From: Desulfurococcaceae archaeon
Lineage (GTDB): Archaea > Thermoproteota > Thermoprotei_A > Sulfolobales > Desulfurococcaceae
Reading direction: 5' to 3'
DNA: 13,257 nucleotides
Assembly (NCBI GenBank): GCA_038888155.1
Contig: JAWAJB010000027.1
Coordinates: 1-13,257, forward strand
This document shows positions 8,220 through 13,257 of the stretch, piece after piece. The first letter of the stretch is position 1. Each line of letters opens with the position of its first letter. The position numbers and the translations under genes were made by a program. Under the pieces are notes generated by a model. That model was not told the origin of the DNA and made no database searches. It worked only from the letters and a program-made list of their open reading frames with translations.

Positions 8220-10069
8220 ATTAACCACCTCAAAATCTGGTCATACAGATGTCTTGCCAGCTCTAAGTCAGGTTCAATTCCACCGTATATCGCAGCTTCA
8301 GTCATGTAGCTAAGCTCCTCAAATGCTAAGGTTGCTTTTCCAAGGGATACTCCAGCTTTGTCAAGGAACTCTCTGATAGTATCGCTCGGGCGTCTTTTTA
8401 ATCCTGTTAAATCTTCGATTACGTGAACAGCGTTAAAGTAGATCTTCGCTATCTCAGCAACTACATTTTCATGTATCAAAACCATCTCAGGCTTCCCAAG
8501 AGTCACAACTTTGAACGAAACTTCTTGCATAGCTCTCACCCTTCTTAGTAGACCATTGATACCAACAACCATAAGGTAAGTAACTATTGATACCGGAACA
8601 AACACGGTCAACGGGTTAATTAGTAGAACTTCCCTAACAATAGTTTCACCATTGTAGATTGGAGCGCGGGGAATATACGTTATCTTCATGCTAATGTAGC
8701 CGCTTGGAGCGTAACATGGAATCGATATATTGAAGGAAAAATCACTGCTTTCTACTACCTCACGTAAAACTCTATCAAAAACCTCTAATACCACATCTCC
8801 AGAAACAGGTATTTCCTCATTTAACTCTTTAGCGACTACCTTTCCATGCACCTGTAATCGATAGCACCCCAATACAATACTGGGAACCTCTATGATGAAC
8901 GATGTATTGATCTTGTAGATCATAACCTCAAGCGATTTGCTTGCTGGGGCTATTATTCCATGAGGCTTTGTGTACACTGTAATCTTATGACGGCCCGTTG
9001 GAGCATTCTCTGGAACGCTTAAAACTATTCTGAAATTTCCATTCTCCAGTACATCTGTATTAAAGTCCATTCCCAGGAAGCTCACGCATATCGTTTTCAC
9101 AATACCATTGGCGCCGATCACTTGCCCATGAATCTCAAATGAGTCAGATGGTCTAACTTCTGAACTATTTAACCAAGCTATTATCGTTGGGACATTATAT
9201 ACCAACCGCAACGTTATGACATTGGATCGAGAACCCCTAAACCTCCCCCGATCCTCTATATCGGGAATATATTCTGCGAATATAGAAATGGTAGGCTTAT
9301 AGATGTATGGTATCTTGAGAAACCCTTTGAATAAACCTAGTCTATCCGTTATAAATGATGTGACTTTTCGCCCATCAAGATACACTGTTACAGTTTTTCC
9401 TAGAAGAGGGGAACCATCCTCTGTACGAAGTGTTCCAGATATGAATAGCTCAGAACCTACAAGAACTTCCGAAACGTTAGTATGGAGTGTTAGAAGTGTG
9501 TCTAAAATAATTAAACCCTCCAACCTTTCTAGTTCCAATAATAGATTCTTCAATCTTGCCCGATATTCTTTAATCAATTCTTTCAGCATGGCCACTTTCT
9601 CTGAAAGCTGGAGTAAAGGTATTCTGAACGTTTTCGAAAACTCTCTACAAGACTCGGATAGTTCACCGTCAATAAGCTCTACTTCAGCAAGTAAAGATGA
9701 AGCTCTCCTAAGCTCGCTTCTAGCATTTTCTAAAACACCCTTAAATAACTCATACTCTGCATTGTCAAGAGAAATTTTTGTCTGATTTAGAATCTTAATT
9801 TCTCTATCTAACAACTCATTGAACCTTGAGTAGATATAGCGGAGGTTTTCGGGGATGTAGACGCGTCCTAACTCATCAATATTTTTTAAAGCTAAGCTGA
9901 AATTTTCACGTTGAACTGCATCAACTATTAAAGAGTAGATTGTGAGTAGTTCAACGTTTAATGGCAGCTCCTCTGGTACTTCAGAGGGATTCAGATGCCT
10001 AGGTAAACCGACGGCTAATGAGGAAGCTGACAAAAATACTATTAACGTAATAATCAATACCTTATTCAT
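8216..10069 (-). CDS. DUF4129 domain-containing membrane protein (signal peptide, coiled coil, ~3 Ig-like domains, TM, C-terminal DUF4129)
   Basis: 617 aa. The C-terminal YFNAVHVIE..GLKRRPSDTIREFL...FEELSYMTEAAIYG matches the DUF4129 pattern. Signal peptide at the N-terminus and a TM at about aa 485-508. Confidence 0.8.
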   Translation of the reverse strand: MNKVLIITLIVFLSASSLAVGLPRHLNPSEVPEELPLNVELLTIYSLIVDAVQRENFSLALKNIDELGRVYIPENLRYIYSRFNELLDREIKILNQTKISLDNAEYELFKGVLENARSELRRASSLLAEVELIDGELSESCREFSKTFRIPLLQLSEKVAMLKELIKEYRARLKNLLLELERLEGLIILDTLLTLHTNVSEVLVGSELFISGTLRTEDGSPLLGKTVTVYLDGRKVTSFITDRLGLFKGFLKIPYIYKPTISIFAEYIPDIEDRGRFRGSRSNVITLRLVYNVPTIIAWLNSSEVRPSDSFEIHGQVIGANGIVKTICVSFLGMDFNTDVLENGNFRIVLSVPENAPTGRHKITVYTKPHGIIAPASKSLEVMIYKINTSFIIEVPSIVLGCYRLQVHGKVVAKELNEEIPVSGDVVLEVFDRVLREVVESSDFSFNISIPCYAPSGYISMKITYIPRAPIYNGETIVREVLLINPLTVFVPVSIVTYLMVVGINGLLRRVRAMQEVSFKVVTLGKPEMVLIHENVVAEIAKIYFNAVHVIEDLTGLKRRPSDTIREFLDKAGVSLGKATLAFEELSYMTEAAIYGGIEPDLELARHLYDQILRWLI

Positions 10070-10314
10070 GTCAGGATTATCTCAACCACTCTTATTCCAA
10101 CAATTATAATGAAAACAACGAGTAGTGATATTGCTAAAAAATCTAAAGTTCTTCGTCTAGGTCTCAGGACGGCTAATCCGATGAAGTACTCTAGAGTAAA
10201 GAGACTGATGTAGACGTCAAGCCTAGTTTCACCAATAGCTCCAAGCACAACGACTGTGATTATAATCATGGCCGATAAGACTAAGTTGAACAACATGTTC
10301 TTATTCATTGTCAA
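10066..10314 (-). CDS. Small 3-TM membrane protein, hypothetical
   Basis: 82 aa with three hydrophobic helices and an RPRRR loop. 4-nt overlaps at both ends, GGAGG SD. Alternative start is ATG 10308. Confidence 0.8.
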   Translation of the reverse strand: MTMNKNMLFNLVLSAMIIITVVVLGAIGETRLDVYISLFTLEYFIGLAVLRPRRRTLDFLAISLLVVFIIIVGIRVVEIILT

Positions 10315-11006
10315 AGAACCTCCAAAACTATTATTTTATCATCATCTTCATCAACCTCGTTCATTACTCTTATAATCCCGAGGAAGTTTGCTAAGATGCA
10401 TGCTATAATGCTGGCCTCAAGCGAGCCAAAAACATTTTTGAATCTTCCAGCAGAAATTTGGGACTTCACCTTCCTAAGTTTCACCGAGACAAGATCATTC
10501 ATAATGATTTCTACCGAATCAGCTATCTCCATCAAATCAATCAAAACATAGTTAAGGGCTGATTCCACGTCCATCCCAGATAACTCGGAAGATTTAACGA
10601 GTTCTGAGGCTGGCGGGACTAAGACTAAATATTCGAGCTCGCCCTCCTTATAGATCAATCCAGATGGTTCAGAAGCTATACTAGGAGGTTTAGCTTTACC
10701 GTGGATCGGTACGTATACATAGACTCTACCATTGGGTGATAGCGCATAATATCCCCTCTCCGAGACATCGAATTCCTCCAATATTGCCTCTAAGCTTAGT
10801 ACGGACCCCTCAAGCAAAGTTCTCACAGCGTGAGGTGGGATCGCTCTAGCCGGCGTTAATAATATTGAAACAGAAAGTATCAAGAGACCTATTCCGAGCG
10901 CCGTTAGGGTGGTGTTATTGAGCAGAAGATAGGCGGAGATCATAAATGGTATTGAAAAGACGAGTAAACTTATTCCAAACATATGCAATTTCTCCAGAGC
11001 AATCAC
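10311..11006 (-). CDS. Hypothetical protein with N-terminal TM hairpin and soluble (possibly V4R-like) domain
   Basis: 231 aa: two TMs, then an alpha/beta domain (VYVYVP, LVLVPP, GSLEASIIACILA). GTGA and TTGA overlaps with its neighbours. Confidence 0.75.
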   Translation of the reverse strand: MIALEKLHMFGISLLVFSIPFMISAYLLLNNTTLTALGIGLLILSVSILLTPARAIPPHAVRTLLEGSVLSLEAILEEFDVSERGYYALSPNGRVYVYVPIHGKAKPPSIASEPSGLIYKEGELEYLVLVPPASELVKSSELSGMDVESALNYVLIDLMEIADSVEIIMNDLVSVKLRKVKSQISAGRFKNVFGSLEASIIACILANFLGIIRVMNEVDEDDDKIIVLEVL

Positions 11007-11635
11007 CTCTCAGTATTATACCTCGCTACTTGCTCCAGTTTAAGAAATAAGAATTTTCTAGCAGCGGCTCCTAGCCCTAATGCTAAGGTTAGTATGGAGA
11101 GCGATATAACTATAGGATGTAATCTTATACCCCATGGTGTGTAGTTTAAGATTAGTCCCACTAGAGGAACTAACGCTAGGCTTAACCCTATCGATAGAGC
11201 AAGCCTCTCAAGCTGTGAAAGGTCTGAAGTTTTCGGATAAAGTAACTCTATGAGGGCGGCGCCGGGTAAGTATAAGACGAAGAGTGAACCAAAAACGTAT
11301 CTTAGATAAGTGAATGGAGGAACCTGGGGGGTGAGGTAGATGAGGAAGAGTATCAGTATGATAAGACCTACCAGAGACCAAAACCAGATAACATGTGAGC
11401 TGAGGAGATAGGTTACGAAGGATCTTGGAGGCTGGGGGTCTATGAAACGGATTAAATCTAGATCCTTAAGCTTGTACAGTAGTCTTGCTACTTCATAGCG
11501 CTTTAATTCTAGCTTCCTAGAAGCTTCATTTACAATGTCTCCCACACTTCCACCACTTTCTTGAATGATCTTAAGTAAGCGTCTAAGTGGTTCATCTAAG
11601 TTTACTGGATCTGGGGGGCGGTCACGTTTAACCAT
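11003..11635 (-). CDS. DUF1616 membrane (N-terminal) domain protein with an N-terminal winged-helix-like region
   Basis: LRYVFGSLFVLYLPGAALIELLYP..LSQLERLALSIGLSLALVPLVGLILNYTPWGIR is the DUF1616 TM signature. Start refined from GTG 11647 to ATG 11635 (GGAAGGTGGGTG upstream). Confidence 0.85.
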   Translation of the reverse strand: MVKRDRPPDPVNLDEPLRRLLKIIQESGGSVGDIVNEASRKLELKRYEVARLLYKLKDLDLIRFIDPQPPRSFVTYLLSSHVIWFWSLVGLIILILFLIYLTPQVPPFTYLRYVFGSLFVLYLPGAALIELLYPKTSDLSQLERLALSIGLSLALVPLVGLILNYTPWGIRLHPIVISLSILTLALGLGAAARKFLFLKLEQVARYNTER

Positions 11636-12093
11636 AACTGCACCCACCTTCCATGATATATCACTTCATCGATCTTGGGATCATATACCCACATCTCGAA
11701 TATCAGCTTAGCGTTTGTAACAGGCTCCGATATTGTGATAGAGACAGGGATAGTTGCATTCGATCCATGGGGTAGTATTAGCTCGTATACGTCGAGTATG
11801 GGTGCGTCGGCTGAAACATTTTCACTAATAGTTGTCGATTTTTCTCCAAGCTTAGCATATATCACATAATACATAGTGCGCCCCTCATGATTATCTACAT
11901 AGAGGTAGAGGTTTATTGTTTGATTCACTAGAACACTTTTTGGATAATCTCCAATCTTCATCTTTGGGCCTAGCAGCCCTATAGCAGAAAATGGTTCAAC
12001 AACTTTACCACCTGCAAATAGCTGAGCTACTATCAGAGCGCCTGCGACAATTATTATTGCAAGTACAACTGCCTTAACTTCATCATCTATCAT
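11602..12093 (-). CDS. DUF1616 soluble (C-terminal) domain protein with single TM anchor
   Basis: TM followed by EPFSAIGLLGP..IGDYP..V..YVDNHEGRTMYY...KLIFEMW...VQLWLNVT, the beta-rich C-terminal DUF1616 pattern. Start refined to ATG 12093 (SD GGAGTGA). Confidence 0.85.
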   Translation of the reverse strand: MIDDEVKAVVLAIIIVAGALIVAQLFAGGKVVEPFSAIGLLGPKMKIGDYPKSVLVNQTINLYLYVDNHEGRTMYYVIYAKLGEKSTTISENVSADAPILDVYELILPHGSNATIPVSITISEPVTNAKLIFEMWVYDPKIDEVIYHGRWVQLWLNVTAPQIQ

Positions 12094-12562
12094 GCCTATC
12101 ACTCCTATCTTTACGACTCTTCTTCACCTCAACAATCCATCTAGACCTGACCCTCAACCAAGTTTCCCAGAAGATCCTCGGTCCAAAACGATAAACCAAG
12201 ACACCAGTTACAGCGGTTAAAACCCCCGCAGAGCATATTGCAACATTTCTCCAGAACATTTTACTCTCACCTTCTCGAATAAGCAGTGGTATGTTTACGT
12301 TAACATCCTCAATTAACGCGTAGGCTTCAGATAATAAAATACCCCTGTTTTCAGGATTATCCCTAGCCTCTCTGATAAGTTGTAGCGCCCTATTCAGTTT
12401 TACTGTGACTTCACGTATATCAGCGCCTTTCTCTTCAGCATCTACGAGCCTTGAGTATGTATCTCTAACCGATTTTATTAATGAATCATCATAACATAGG
12501 CAAGAATTAAATATTGTTAAAATGATTAGCCAAAACAGAATGAATACCAACAATTTTTTCAT
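12083..12562 (-). CDS. Hypothetical secreted/membrane-anchored helical protein, first gene of the operon
   Basis: MKKLLVFILFWLIILTIFNSCLC signal-like N-terminus, amphipathic helical bundle (AEEKGADIREVTVKLNRALQLIREA), C-terminal TM and basic tail. ATG 12562 is preferred over GTG 12583 because the TATA box is only ~12 nt from the GTG. Confidence 0.75.
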   Translation of the reverse strand: MKKLLVFILFWLIILTIFNSCLCYDDSLIKSVRDTYSRLVDAEEKGADIREVTVKLNRALQLIREARDNPENRGILLSEAYALIEDVNVNIPLLIREGESKMFWRNVAICSAGVLTAVTGVLVYRFGPRIFWETWLRVRSRWIVEVKKSRKDRSDRHDR

Positions 12563-12594
12563 GTCTTTTCCATAATTCTCCACTACTCAAATCG

Positions 12595-12607
12595 ATATTA
12601 AACTTTC
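12595..12607 (-). promoter_or_regulatory. Putative BRE/TATA of the 9-gene minus-strand operon
   Basis: Minus strand GAAAG-TTTAATAT, ~33 nt upstream of ATG 12562. Confidence 0.5.
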
Positions 12608-12996
12608 AACCCATCATTTCTGGATACTGCTTCCTGGGCCCCAATTTTAATTGAATTCCATTATCTCCTTCCTTTTTCTTATTAGTAGTTAAAAATCAGG
12701 CTAGATTGCTTATACCTCCACCTCCCCCTAATAGATCTAGAAATCAATTTTCAGCCTCTCAAGAATATTATCAATACAAGAAGACTACATGATTGCCAAG
12801 ACTATAACAAAAAAGATGTTAGCAATTTATGGTTGTTTAAACAAGAGTGGATGTATCTACTAAGAGTTTCTATATTTCCTAGCTTGACTTCTTCAGCAAT
12901 ATTAAACAATCCTTCAGCCGGCTGAACCAATACTATATTTTCATTTCTTCTACTCTAAAACTATTTTGTTTCATCATAATTCTATTAAGTTCCTTA

Positions 12997-13128
12997 ACTC
13001 TCACAGAGTTTCTACATTATTAGAACGTATGCAAAAATCACAAGAATTCTAGAGGCACCTCAATATATTCAAGAAGAGTATTGTCAATACGATGTGAAAG
13101 TAAACTATTCCTCCTACTCTGAAAGAGT
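12997..13128. promoter_or_regulatory. Two copies of palindrome ACTCT-N3-AGAGT (putative operator)
   Basis: ACTCTcacAGAGT at 12997-13009 (extends to AACTCT-N3-AGAGTT) and ACTCTgaaAGAGT at 13116-13128. Confidence 0.4.
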
Positions 13129-13183
13129 TGACACTTCCTCGTTCTTAACACATATATAGGGATACGTTTCTTGATGAGAGCTG

Positions 13184-13257
13184 GTGAAGAGAGTACTCGT
13201 TACTGGTGGTGCCGGCTTTATAGGTAGCCATCTTGTAGATAGGCTTACATTAGAAGG
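13184..13257 (+). CDS. NAD-dependent epimerase/dehydratase (extended SDR, GalE/RmlB/UXS-like), 5' fragment truncated by the window edge (not in the ORF track)
   Basis: GTG 13184 (in-frame TGA at 13175-13177) translates MKRVLVTGGAGFIGSHLVDRLTLE, containing the TGGAGFIG Rossmann motif. TATA-like CATATATA at 13151-13158. Confidence 0.9.
   Translation, partial: MKRVLVTGGAGFIGSHLVDRLTLE

Noticed and set aside
5640-11869. Plus-strand ORFs 5640-5849, 6007-6384, 7360-7716, 7786-8115, 9303-9785, 11675-11869
   Set aside because: Antisense shadows of operon genes with no recognisable domain.
12490-12562. Lipoprotein lipobox in FNSCLC
   Set aside because: Poor match to the L-A/S-G/A-C consensus, and the protein already has a C-terminal TM anchor.
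12913-12926. Perfect 14-bp palindrome TTCAGCCGGCTGAA
   Set aside because: Single copy with no loop or T-tract. About one such palindrome is expected by chance in 13 kb.
13128-13158. TTGACA followed ~17-19 bp later by CATATA/TATATA, resembling a sigma70 promoter
   Set aside because: The context appears archaeal. It is better explained as a TATA box plus a coincidental hexamer overlapping the palindrome.
1-13257. CRISPR arrays, tRNA/rRNA genes, transposases, anti-phage defence genes
   Set aside because: No regularly spaced repeats, structured RNA-like GC-rich segments, or nuclease/transposase motifs seen. The MoxR context here is membrane/envelope-type.

Overview
Low-GC window that looks archaeal. 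Evidence: GGAGG/GGTGA ribosome-binding sites, AGA/AGG Arg codons, TATA/BRE-like promoters, and gene families typical of TACK-type archaea such as Bathyarchaeia; the taxon is inferred. Almost all of it is one compact membrane/cell-envelope gene cluster. A tightly coupled minus-strand operon (12562->5058) encodes, in order: a membrane-anchored helical protein, a DUF1616 protein split into two genes in reversed order (one half with a wHTH-like N-terminus), a 2-TM protein, a 3-TM microprotein, a coiled-coil/Ig-like/DUF4129 protein, DUF4350, a MoxR AAA+ ATPase and DUF58. A LolD/MacB-type ABC ATPase lacking the H-loop His sits on the opposite strand, divergent from two FtsX/MacB-type permeases and a polytopic GT-C-like protein. 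Two genes missing from the ORF track run off the edges: a hypothetical protein (294->1) and an NAD-dependent sugar epimerase/dehydratase (13184->end). The ~620 bp divergent intergenic region carries repeated palindromic motifs. Main hypothesis (inference): an uncharacterised archaeal surface-glycan or envelope assembly/export system.
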